From positions 17,294 through 81,293 of the forward strand of contig JAOZKI010000002.1 in assembly GCA_029935455.1 (NCBI GenBank): DNA of 64,000 nucleotides. The letters are read 5' to 3'. The notes beneath the pieces were generated by a model that worked only from the letters and a program-made list of their open reading frames with translations, was not told the origin of the DNA and searched no databases. Of the stretch, positions 51,322 through 60,233 are shown in pieces (positions within the stretch are counted from its first letter, which is position 1; the number at the start of each line of letters is the position of its first letter). Both the position numbers and the translations under genes were made by a program. This stretch comes from Lysobacterales bacterium (GTDB taxonomy: Bacteria; Pseudomonadota; Gammaproteobacteria; Xanthomonadales; SZUA-36).

Positions 51322-51560
51322 CGCTGGATTCCTAATCTTTAAACGAGGCCAGAGTGTAATGCGGAAGCTCACGCTTTCGCTAGCCAGTGAAGCGCAGAGT
51401 GGACCGGAGTTTTTACCGGTTGATTTTAAGCACAAGGCGCATCGCAGGGCGCACGAACCAGGGCCCGCACCGCCCTTATTTCCTGCCCCTGCCCTACCGG
51501 GAGATGGCTTCCGGCGCCGGCACGCGGCCTGGCCTGCGTCTCATGATCGCGTGGCCTCCG

Positions 51561-52706
51561 CTAGGAAGACGGTCTGCGCTGCACGAGTGCGCGATGGATC
51601 TCGGCGATGTTCTTCGTGCCTAGCAGGGCCATGTTACGCCGCAGCTCATCGCGCAGAATCTCCAGGGCACGGCACGCGCCCGCCTCACCGCCGGCCGCCA
51701 GCCCATAGAGAAACGGCCGTGCAAAACCGACCGCCTTTGCGCCCAGCGCCAGGGCGATAAGAATGTCCGTTCCGCGCCGGATCCCACCATCAAGAATGAC
51801 CTCGGCGTCACTGCCGATCGCTTCAACAATGGGCTCCAGGACGTGCACCGGCGCGGGCGACCGGTCCAGCTGACGACCACCGTGATTGGAAACCATAACG
51901 GCCTTAAAACCGAGATCAACCGCGTGCCGGGCATCGTCCGGACGCACCACGCCCTTGATCACCGCTGGCCCGCCCCACTCGCCAAGCAACCACTCCGCAT
52001 CTTTCCAGTTGAAGCCGGCGTCGAACTGCTCGTTAACGAATTCCTGCAGCGATACGGCGGCGGTATCTTCTGACAGGTTGGCGTACCTGACCGCGGGGCG
52101 AATCAGATAGTCGAGCATCCATGCCGGGGCCATCATGGCATGCCAGGCCTGTTTCAAACCGACCCTGGGTGGAATGGAAAAACCATTGCGCGGGTCCCGT
52201 TCGCGATTGCCCGCGACGGGAAAATCGACGGTCAGAATCAGCGCCCGGTAGCCAGCTTCCTTCGCCCGGTCGAGCATTTCCTTGACCAGGCCCCGGTCTT
52301 TCCAGACATACAGCTGGAACCACTTGGGGCCCGTTGTTAGCGCAGAGATGTCTTCCATGGAAACCGATGACAGGGTGGACAGGGAGAAAATCGTCCCCAC
52401 CTTATGCGCCGCCCTCGCCACGCCGCGCTCGCCGTCGGTATGGAAGAGCCGGTGTCCGGCCGCTGGCGAGGCGAAGAAGGGCACGTGAATCTTCGCGCCG
52501 AGAAGCGTCGTCGACATATCAACGTCTTCGGCGCCCGACAAGACCTTGAACAGCAGGTCATAGTCGTTGAAGGCGTCACTGTTGCGGGCGAGCGTTACCT
52601 CATCATCAGCGCCGCCATCGATATAGTCGAAGACCATGCGATGCGCGCGTCGTTTCGCCGCGTGACGAAGCTCATCAATGTTCAGACATCGGTCGAGTTT
52701 GGTCAT
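51561..52706 (-). CDS. FMN-dependent alpha-hydroxy-acid dehydrogenase (L-lactate dehydrogenase-like)
   Basis: 381 aa with MVFDYIDGGADDE and VSNHGGRQLD. Its start overlaps the upstream stop (TAATG). Confidence 0.85.
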   Translation of the reverse strand: MTKLDRCLNIDELRHAAKRRAHRMVFDYIDGGADDEVTLARNSDAFNDYDLLFKVLSGAEDVDMSTTLLGAKIHVPFFASPAAGHRLFHTDGERGVARAAHKVGTIFSLSTLSSVSMEDISALTTGPKWFQLYVWKDRGLVKEMLDRAKEAGYRALILTVDFPVAGNRERDPRNGFSIPPRVGLKQAWHAMMAPAWMLDYLIRPAVRYANLSEDTAAVSLQEFVNEQFDAGFNWKDAEWLLGEWGGPAVIKGVVRPDDARHAVDLGFKAVMVSNHGGRQLDRSPAPVHVLEPIVEAIGSDAEVILDGGIRRGTDILIALALGAKAVGFARPFLYGLAAGGEAGACRALEILRDELRRNMALLGTKNIAEIHRALVQRRPSS

Positions 52707-53554
52707 TATTTTTCCAGTGCAACGACGGTCTGCTTTTGCCTGCCAAGACCGTCAATAGCCAGTTCAATGCGGTCGCCAACGTTCAGATACTGCGGCGGGT
52801 TCTGACCCAGCCCGACGCCCGGCGGCGTGCCCGAAGAAATGATGTCGCCGGGTTGCAGGCTCATGAACTGACTCAGATAGCTGACGATAAATGCGGGACC
52901 AAAGACCATGGTCCGTGTATTGCCGTTCTGGTAGCGGTGGCCGTTCACCTCAAGCCACATATTGAGATTCAGGGGGTTTTCGATTTCGTCCCGGGTTACC
53001 AGCCAGGGACCGATCGGACCGAAGGTATCGCAGCCCTTGCCCTTATCCCACTGACTGCCCTTCTCAAGCTGGAAAGTACGTTCCGAGACATCGTTGCAGA
53101 TGCAGTAGCCGGCGATGTGCTCGGCCGCCTCTTCCTCGGATACGTAGGATGTGTGCTTGCCAATGACGATGGCCAGTTCCACCTCCCAATCCAGCTTGTC
53201 GCTATTGCGCGGTTTAATGATGTCGTCATTGGGGCCGCAGATTGCGCTGGTGGCCTTGGTGAACATCTCCGGTTCCGGCGGCACAGACATGCCCGATTCC
53301 GCCGCGTGATCGGAATAATTGAGCCCGATGCACAGGAACTTGCCCACCTTGCCGACGCAAGGACCCAGGCGCACCTGCGGATCAACCATCGGCAGAGCCG
53401 TGCTGTCGAGCTGCTGCAGTTGAGCAATGGTCGCATCCGACAGGGTGCTGCCGTCAATATCGGGCAGATGGGCGGCCAGGCTGCGAATATTGCCGTCCTG
53501 GTCCATCAGTCCCGGCTTTTCTTCTCCAGCCGGGCCGTAGCGAAGTAGTTTCAT
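52706..53554 (-). CDS. Fumarylacetoacetate hydrolase family protein (candidate 2,4-diketo-3-deoxy-L-fuconate hydrolase)
   Basis: 282 aa, MKLLRYGPAGEEKPGL..., with a FAH-fold C-terminal region. It lies in the fucD operon. Confidence 0.85.
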   Translation of the reverse strand: MKLLRYGPAGEEKPGLMDQDGNIRSLAAHLPDIDGSTLSDATIAQLQQLDSTALPMVDPQVRLGPCVGKVGKFLCIGLNYSDHAAESGMSVPPEPEMFTKATSAICGPNDDIIKPRNSDKLDWEVELAIVIGKHTSYVSEEEAAEHIAGYCICNDVSERTFQLEKGSQWDKGKGCDTFGPIGPWLVTRDEIENPLNLNMWLEVNGHRYQNGNTRTMVFGPAFIVSYLSQFMSLQPGDIISSGTPPGVGLGQNPPQYLNVGDRIELAIDGLGRQKQTVVALEK

Positions 53555-53567
53555 TGATTCATCCCGC

Positions 53568-54341
53568 TTAGTTATTCATGGAGACAAAGCCGCCGTCGAT
53601 GGGAAAGTTTGACCCCGTCACGAAAGCCGCTTCATCAGAGCAGAGGTAGGCCACCAGGGCAGCAATTTCGTCCGGCGTTCCCATGCGTCCAATGGGCTGC
53701 GTCCTGGACAGTTGATCGAACATCTCATCGCGGTTGTCCGGATAATTCTCTTCCAGATAGTTGTCGACGAAGGGCGTGTGTACGCGGCCCGGCGCGACGG
53801 CGTTGCATCGGATGCCGTGATGCACATAGTCCTTGGCCACCGAATAGGTCATGGTCAGCACCGCACCTTTGGTGGTGGAGTAGGCGAACCGATCGGCGAT
53901 GCCCACGCTCGATGCGACCGATGCCATGTTCACAATGGCACCGCTCTTGCGCTTCTTCATGGCCGGGACAACCGCGGCCAGCATATTGTAGACACCCTTC
54001 ACATTGACCGAGAGCAGCCGGTCCAGATCGGCCTCGCTGGTATTCTCGAGATTACCGACATGCGCAATGCCCGCGTTATTGACAAGAACATCGATGACCA
54101 TTGTGGCGAGAATGTCGTCAACGACCGCTTTGACGCCCTGGTGGTCGGCCACATCGCAGCCGTGGGCTGAGGCCCGGCCGCCGGACGCCTGAATCTCCCG
54201 CACTGTTGCCCTGGCGGCCTCAAGATTGAGGTCCAGCACCAGCACCTGGGCCCCTTCGCTCGCCAGGCGCAGACAAATGCTCTGGCCTATGCCGCTGCCG
54301 CCGCCGGTCACCAGTGCGGTCTTGTTCTCGTAACGTTTCAT
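53568..54341 (-). CDS. SDR oxidoreductase (candidate 2-keto-3-deoxy-L-fuconate dehydrogenase)
   Basis: 257 aa with TGGGSGIG, NNAG and YSTTK (YxxxK). ATGA overlap with the upstream gene. Confidence 0.85.
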   Translation of the reverse strand: MKRYENKTALVTGGGSGIGQSICLRLASEGAQVLVLDLNLEAARATVREIQASGGRASAHGCDVADHQGVKAVVDDILATMVIDVLVNNAGIAHVGNLENTSEADLDRLLSVNVKGVYNMLAAVVPAMKKRKSGAIVNMASVASSVGIADRFAYSTTKGAVLTMTYSVAKDYVHHGIRCNAVAPGRVHTPFVDNYLEENYPDNRDEMFDQLSRTQPIGRMGTPDEIAALVAYLCSDEAAFVTGSNFPIDGGFVSMNN

Positions 54342-55213
54342 AGTTTAAGTCCGTAGAATTCCATCGCATTGCGACCAAAGATATTGTTCTGATCTGCTTC
54401 CGTCAGCCCCGCAAGAGACGCGACAGCAGCGTCGTGCCAGCTCCCGTAGTCACCGGCCAGATTGAGAACCGGCCAGTCGCTGCCCCAGATCAGCCGGTCC
54501 GGACCGAACAGCTCCAGCAGGTGGTCAAGGTAGCGACGGGTGTCGTCGTAGCTCTGACCAGAGCCGGCCTCGGTAATCAGGCCGGAAATTTTGCAGTAGG
54601 CCGACGTCTCCCTGGCCATTGTCGCCATGCGGTCGGCCCAGGGTTGCCACTCGCCCGCAGCGATATCCGGTTTGGCACCATGATCGATAACCGTAAGAAG
54701 GTCGGGGTGCCGGGTCAGACAGTTCAAAAGGTGGGGAAGATGTACGGATCGAACCAGCGCGTCAAAGCAAAGGTCTCTTTCGATCAAAGCGTCCAGCACC
54801 ACGCCCAGCTCTGGCCGGTCAATCCACGCCGGATCCTCCAGATCCTGGAGCATGGGTCGAATGCCGACGAAGGTCGCATGAGCAGCAAATTCGTCCAGCG
54901 CTTTCAGGGCCGCGGCGGGCGCGTCCATGTCGACCCATCCCACCACGCCGGCAACCATGGAATGTTGTTCGGCGATGGCTAACAGGTAGCGGGTCTCTGC
55001 CGTGGTCGCGGCCGCTTGCACCAGTACGGTTCGATCAACGCCGGCCCGTTCAAGCAGTGGCTGCAGATCACCGGGGCCGAAGTCCTGATAGAGCGGCGCG
55101 AGCTCGGGCGTCAGCCAACCGTAGTCGTCGCGCTGTATGCTCCAGAAGTGCTGATGGCCGTCGATGCGCAACGCCTTACCCGCCGGACCTGCAGCTCGGT
55201 GTCGGGGCATCAT
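54338..55213 (-). CDS. COG3618-type amidohydrolase (candidate L-fucono-1,5-lactonase)
   Basis: Metal-binding start motif RIDGHQHFW. The ATG at 55213 overlaps the AKR gene by 38 nt. TTG 55171, 4 nt after the AKR stop, is an alternative start. Confidence 0.8.
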   Translation of the reverse strand: MMPRHRAAGPAGKALRIDGHQHFWSIQRDDYGWLTPELAPLYQDFGPGDLQPLLERAGVDRTVLVQAAATTAETRYLLAIAEQHSMVAGVVGWVDMDAPAAALKALDEFAAHATFVGIRPMLQDLEDPAWIDRPELGVVLDALIERDLCFDALVRSVHLPHLLNCLTRHPDLLTVIDHGAKPDIAAGEWQPWADRMATMARETSAYCKISGLITEAGSGQSYDDTRRYLDHLLELFGPDRLIWGSDWPVLNLAGDYGSWHDAAVASLAGLTEADQNNIFGRNAMEFYGLKL

Positions 55214-56204
55214 CGCGAATCAAACCGTGCTTCCGCAGGGCCTGCCAAAATTCATCGGGAATCTCGGTCGCGAACAGGCTCAGCGTCTGATCGATGTGAC
55301 TGACCTTGCCAATGCCGGGAATCACAGAAGCGACTGCCGGGTGTGCAAGAGGAAACTGTAGAGCCGCGGCCGCCATAGGAACTTCGAATTCGTCACACAG
55401 GCGCTCAATGGCCGCCACTTTCTTAATGACCGGCTCCGGTGCCGCAGCGTAGTTGTAGTAGTACGGCCCCTTGCCGCGAACGCCGGTGGCAAGAATGCCG
55501 GAGTTGTAGGCGCCGCCGATGATCAGGGAACAGTTTCTGTCCATGCATTGGGGCAGAAACGTCTCCAGCGCCTGCTGTTCCAGCAAGGTATAGCGCCCGG
55601 CGAGCAGGAAACAATCCCAGTCGCCATAGTCCAGCGCTCGCTCACACACTTCATATTCATTGACGCCCAGGCCGATGGCGCTCACAAGGCCGCTCTGGCG
55701 CAGCGCTTCCAGGGCCCGGTAGCCGCCGTCCATTGCGATCGGGAACAGTCGCCGGTCGTCGTCACCATGCGTGACGGGGCCGATATCGTGCATGTAGAGG
55801 ATGTCGATGCGGTCCAGGCCCAGCCGCTGCAGGCTGTCTTCAAAGGAGCGCATCACGCCGTCGTAGCTGTAGTCGTAGGCCATGTCGAAGGGCATGGGCG
55901 ACACAAATCCATGGCGTTCCGCGGCATAGCCAGCGGGGCGCAGCAGTCGACCGACCTTGCTGGACAGAACATAGTCGCTTGATCCGCGCAGCGCGTCGCC
56001 AACACGGCGCTCACTGAGACCCTGGCCGTAATGGGGTGCGGTATCGAAATAACAAAAGCCCCTGGCCCGGGCGGTGGTCAGAATATCGGCAGCTTCTGCA
56101 TCCGAGACGGCGTTATACAGATTGCCCAGCGACGCACAGCCGAACCCGAGCGCGTCGATGGAAAGTTCCGTCTTGCCAAGCGGATTTTTCTGGAAACTTG
56201 CCAT
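55176..56204 (-). CDS. Aldo/keto reductase (candidate L-fucose / D-threo-aldose 1-dehydrogenase)
   Basis: 342 aa, LGFGCASLGNLY...FDTAPHYGQGLSERRVG, an AKR fold. Confidence 0.85.
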   Translation of the reverse strand: MASFQKNPLGKTELSIDALGFGCASLGNLYNAVSDAEAADILTTARARGFCYFDTAPHYGQGLSERRVGDALRGSSDYVLSSKVGRLLRPAGYAAERHGFVSPMPFDMAYDYSYDGVMRSFEDSLQRLGLDRIDILYMHDIGPVTHGDDDRRLFPIAMDGGYRALEALRQSGLVSAIGLGVNEYEVCERALDYGDWDCFLLAGRYTLLEQQALETFLPQCMDRNCSLIIGGAYNSGILATGVRGKGPYYYNYAAAPEPVIKKVAAIERLCDEFEVPMAAAALQFPLAHPAVASVIPGIGKVSHIDQTLSLFATEIPDEFWQALRKHGLIRDDAPTPSCRSGG

Positions 56205-56222
56205 GCCAGGGACCCGATGAGC

Positions 56223-57539
56223 TCAAGCGCTCTGCTTGTCAGCCCGGGCTAGCCATTCTGCGCCGTGCGGATAGGCAAAGTCTGCCAGCGTTTCCTCATG
56301 CATTTTGACGCTGAAACCGGGTAGGCGCGGGGCCTGGTAAGCGCCGTTGCGCATGTCGCAGGGGTCTTCAAAGTGCTCGTGCAAGTGATCAACATACTCG
56401 ATGACACGCTCACCAATGTCGGCCGATATCTGCACATAATCAATCATGGACAGATGCTGCACGTATTCGCAAAGGCCCACGCCGCCAGCGTGTGGACAGA
56501 CTGGCTTGCCGTATTTCGCGGCCAGCATGTAGACGGTCAGGACTTCGTTAAGACCGCCCAATCGACAGGCATCAATCTGCACAATATCAATCGCGTCATT
56601 GGCAATAAACTGCTTGAACAAAATCCGGTTCTGGCAATGCTCTCCGGTGGCAACTTTCACCGCACCGATATGGCTGCGAATTTTCCTGTGCCCGAATACG
56701 TCGTCAGGACTGGTTGGCTCCTCGATAAACCAGGGGGCGAAGGGGATCAGGTGTTGCATCCAGTCGATGGCCTGATCCACTTCCCAGGCCTGGTTGGCAT
56801 CCACCATCAGCTTGACCTCGTCGCCAATGGTGGCGCGGGCGATGCTGCAGCGCCGAATATCATCCTCAACAGACTCGCCGACCTTGAGTTTGATGTGCTT
56901 GAATCCCGCGTCCACCGCCTCGCGGCAAAGGCGTTCGAGTTTTTCGTCGCTGTAGCCCAGCCAGCCGGCAGACGTCGTGTAAGCCGGATAACCGCGAGTC
57001 TCCAGCTCTTGAATGCGCTGTTGCTTCGTGGCCTGGTTCTTTTCAACCCAAGCCAGCGCCTCCTCGCGCGTCAGGGCATCAGTGACGTAGCGAAAATCCA
57101 GACAATCGACGAATTGCTCAGGCGACATGTCGGCGAGCAGTCGCCAGACCGGCTTACGCTCAGCGCGCGCCCACAGGTCCCAGACGGCATTCATGACGCC
57201 GCCCGCGGCCATATGCATCACGCCCTTTTCAGGCCCCAGCCAACGGAGCTGGCTGTCCGATCTCAGGCGGTCATAGAAGGTGCCGATATTGGCGGTGATG
57301 TCAGCAAGATCCACACCGATCACCAGGTGGCGCATGCTCTCCACAGCCGTGCAGCAAATGTCATTGCCGCGGCCAATGGTAAATATCAGGCTGTATCCCG
57401 TATGGCCCTGTTCCGTTTCCATAACAATGTAGGCAGCGGAGTAGTCCGGGTCCTTGTTGGTGGCGTCCGAGCCATCGAGGTTCTCGGAGGTGGGGAACCG
57501 GATGTCTGTTGCGGACAGACTGGTGATTCTGTTGCTCAA
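56223..57539 (-). CDS. fucD: L-fuconate dehydratase (enolase superfamily)
   Basis: 438 aa. DIRFPTSENLDGSDATNKDPDYSAAY...FTIGRGND closely resembles the characterised Xanthomonas FucD N-terminus as I recall it. TTG start. Confidence 0.9.
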   Translation of the reverse strand: MSNRITSLSATDIRFPTSENLDGSDATNKDPDYSAAYIVMETEQGHTGYSLIFTIGRGNDICCTAVESMRHLVIGVDLADITANIGTFYDRLRSDSQLRWLGPEKGVMHMAAGGVMNAVWDLWARAERKPVWRLLADMSPEQFVDCLDFRYVTDALTREEALAWVEKNQATKQQRIQELETRGYPAYTTSAGWLGYSDEKLERLCREAVDAGFKHIKLKVGESVEDDIRRCSIARATIGDEVKLMVDANQAWEVDQAIDWMQHLIPFAPWFIEEPTSPDDVFGHRKIRSHIGAVKVATGEHCQNRILFKQFIANDAIDIVQIDACRLGGLNEVLTVYMLAAKYGKPVCPHAGGVGLCEYVQHLSMIDYVQISADIGERVIEYVDHLHEHFEDPCDMRNGAYQAPRLPGFSVKMHEETLADFAYPHGAEWLARADKQSA

Positions 57540-57610
57540 ACGAAAAATCCATTAGGGTGTCGATGCAAGCCTAGCTTACATCGGCCACCCATGTGCGGAG
57601 CAAAATTTGT

Positions 57611-58999
57611 ATGACCACGAGTGAAACTAACTCGATGCCACCCCTCGTCGCCAGAGACATGCTATTGCCGTTTATTCTGGTGGCCATGCTGTTCCCCCTG
57701 TGGGGCTTCGCCAATGACGTGACCAACCCTCTCGTTAAGGCGTTCAAAGACATTTTCCTGATCTCGAACCGGCAAAGCAGCATGGTGCAGTTCGCCTTCT
57801 ATCTGGGCTACGGCATCATGGCGATTCCGGCGGCGATTTTCATCCGCAGCTACAGTTACAAATCCGGCATATTGCTGGGCCTGGGGCTGTATGCCATCGG
57901 GGCGTCCTTGTTTATTCCCGCCAGTATTTATCAGGAGTTCTATTTCTTTCTGGGCGCCCTGTGCGTGCTGACCTGCGGGCTGGCCATGCTTGAGGTGACG
58001 GCGAACCCGTACATTCTTTCCATGGGCCATCCGGATACCGCAACCCGCCGGCTGAACCTGGCCCAGTCCTTTAACCCCATCGGCTCATTGACCGGCATGT
58101 TCGTCGCTTCCACGGTCATTCTGAACCAGCTGCAGGTGGAAGCCTTTCGCAACGAGGAGCGACTTGCCCATCCGGAATACGATGACATGTTGCCATCCGT
58201 AGTGGACGGGCATCTAACCCAGGCGCTCAGTGATTTCGCGGTCAATGAACCGGCCGCCCATCAGGCCATGCAAGCCGCCGATCTGGTGACAGTGCGAGGC
58301 CCCTACATTGCCATTGCCATCATCGTCACGGTGCTGTTTCTCGTCTATCTGTTCAGCAGGTTGCCCAGAACCATGACGCATGACCATCCGCTGACCCGGC
58401 GCGAGTTGAAGGACACGTTTGGCCGTTTAATACGCAACAGCCGCTATGTGGAAGGCGTTATAGCGCAGGCCTTTTACGTTGGCGCACAAATCATGGTCTG
58501 GACTTTCATCATTCACTACGGAATGACGGCGATCGGTCTGACCGCAGCGGAGGCGCAGGGCTACAACATCATTGCCATGGTGATTTTTCTATCCAGCCGG
58601 TTTATTTGCACCTTTTTGCTGGGTTTCGTGCGGCCGGGGCAGTTACTGATGCTGCTCGCAACAGGCGGGATCGTGCTCACGCTCGGCGCCATTTTTCTGG
58701 ACGGCTATAAAGGGCTTTACAGCCTCATCGGTATCTCCGCGTGCATGTCGCTCATGTTCCCAACCATCTACGGGATTGCCTTGAAGGGTATGGGGGACGA
58801 TGCGAGCCTCGCATCTGCGGGGCTGGTCATGGCCATCGTAGGTGGAGCGCTCATGCCACCACTGCAGGGTTCCATGATCGATGCCGGCTCCATTATTGGC
58901 GACATTCCAGCCGTCAAAACCTCATTCCTGTTGCCCATGATCTGCTTTGTCGTGATTGCGATTTTCGGTTATCGGGCGCACCGGGTTCATGGGGCATGA
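57611..58999 (+). CDS. fucP: L-fucose:H+ symporter-type MFS permease
   Basis: About 462-aa, 12-TM MFS with FILVAMLFPLWGFANDVTNPLVKAFK, typical of the FucP/FHS family. ATG 57611 was chosen over the track GTG 57593. Confidence 0.88.
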   Translation: MTTSETNSMPPLVARDMLLPFILVAMLFPLWGFANDVTNPLVKAFKDIFLISNRQSSMVQFAFYLGYGIMAIPAAIFIRSYSYKSGILLGLGLYAIGASLFIPASIYQEFYFFLGALCVLTCGLAMLEVTANPYILSMGHPDTATRRLNLAQSFNPIGSLTGMFVASTVILNQLQVEAFRNEERLAHPEYDDMLPSVVDGHLTQALSDFAVNEPAAHQAMQAADLVTVRGPYIAIAIIVTVLFLVYLFSRLPRTMTHDHPLTRRELKDTFGRLIRNSRYVEGVIAQAFYVGAQIMVWTFIIHYGMTAIGLTAAEAQGYNIIAMVIFLSSRFICTFLLGFVRPGQLLMLLATGGIVLTLGAIFLDGYKGLYSLIGISACMSLMFPTIYGIALKGMGDDASLASAGLVMAIVGGALMPPLQGSMIDAGSIIGDIPAVKTSFLLPMICFVVIAIFGYRAHRVHGA

Positions 59000-59343
59000 G
59001 TGCCCCCCGGCAATATTGTCTGACCCTTGATCTCCGGGACGAGCCTGAGCTGATTCGTGAATACGAGCGCTATCACAAGCCCGGGAACGTCTGGCCCGAG
59101 GTCATCGAAAGCATTCGCGCGGCGGGTATTCTCGATATGAAAATCTACCGTTCCGGGCTGCAGCTGATCATGGTGCTCACCGTATCAGACACCTTCAGTT
59201 TTGAAGAGAAAGAGCGTCAGGACCGTGTTAACCCCAAAGTGCTGGAGTGGGAGCGCCTCATGGAGCGATTCCAGAACAAGCCCGATGGTGAGGAGGGCAA
59301 GTGGCAGCAAGTTGGGAATATCTTCGACCTAACGCAGCACTGA
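58996..59343 (+). CDS. RhaM-family (L-rhamnose/L-fucose) mutarotase
   Basis: 115 aa, LTLDLRDEPELIREYERYHKPGNVWPEV...MKIYR. Its ATG overlaps the fucP stop (ATGA). Confidence 0.85.
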   Translation: MSAPRQYCLTLDLRDEPELIREYERYHKPGNVWPEVIESIRAAGILDMKIYRSGLQLIMVLTVSDTFSFEEKERQDRVNPKVLEWERLMERFQNKPDGEEGKWQQVGNIFDLTQH

Positions 59344-59864
59344 CCAGCGCAGCGCCAGAAAAACTTTGGTCACAAATAGGCTCGCTCGGGCAATCGAAAC
59401 TTTTGCGGCCTGTCCGAAACGCGGCCGGGGCTAACACCCGGCCAGACCACCGGTGCGCAAGCTCCTATGGGTTGCGGGGTCCATGGACTGCATGCCTGCG
59501 TTTTCGATGGCGCGCCTGATGGCAAACACCTGCGAAAGCCCGCCTATCTGACACGCCTGCCCTCGGATCTGTCCGGCAGCCAGTAATGGCTGACTGGCAA
59601 CAATTAGCGCGGGTCCACGATACGAACACGCCCCTGTGACCATCACTTCTGCAGGCAGTAAGAAAAAGTCGCCTGCTTCAACAGCAGAGTGGATGCCAGT
59701 AAGAAAACGCAATACATGACTGGGTGCCGCACATCGACGGATGCAAGCTCCGGGCGCAGGCACCGACAATCTTATTTTGATCCCGCTGACAAGCATTAGC
59801 GTAGTATTCTGTGTTTGTAGCAGAATGGTTAGTTGTTGTCGGCGCTAACAGAGGAATTGCCAGC

Positions 59865-60233
59865 ATGCGTAAAGATTTTATAGTTTTCCTAATCATCGGC
59901 TGCCAAATATCCGGCAATGCTCTGGCGCAAAACAAGTGCGAACCCCATACGCACCACGCCCCAAGCGGAGATGCTCCCAGCCAGATTATTATGCTCGACC
60001 CGACCACAGGGCGGCCTACCAGCGACTCATCAAAAGCTCCCCAGCAGGCACTGAGCGCCGCAGAGATGGCTCGTTACAACCAGGCTTTCGACGATCTGGA
60101 AGTCGTGGTCCATCCGGATGGTTCGCAGAGTGTGGACATCTCGGGGCTGCCGCAAACGCCGCTGGCCGCGGAGATCCTTGACGGAGAAGTGATCACCTGT
60201 CACGTGGTAGACGTTCCAGAGGCGACGCATTGA
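59865..60233 (+). CDS. Small secreted protein of unknown function
   Basis: Start re-picked at ATG 59865 (GAGGA 9 nt upstream). It has the signal peptide MRKDFIVFLIIGCQISGNALA-QN. It is 122 aa, and its stop overlaps the start of the next gene. Confidence 0.6.
   Translation: MRKDFIVFLIIGCQISGNALAQNKCEPHTHHAPSGDAPSQIIMLDPTTGRPTSDSSKAPQQALSAAEMARYNQAFDDLEVVVHPDGSQSVDISGLPQTPLAAEILDGEVITCHVVDVPEATH

Noticed and set aside
56373-57614. 413-aa plus-strand ORF
   Set aside because: It is antisense to fucD, which has strong family motifs, and has no motif of its own. It is a high-GC antisense artefact.
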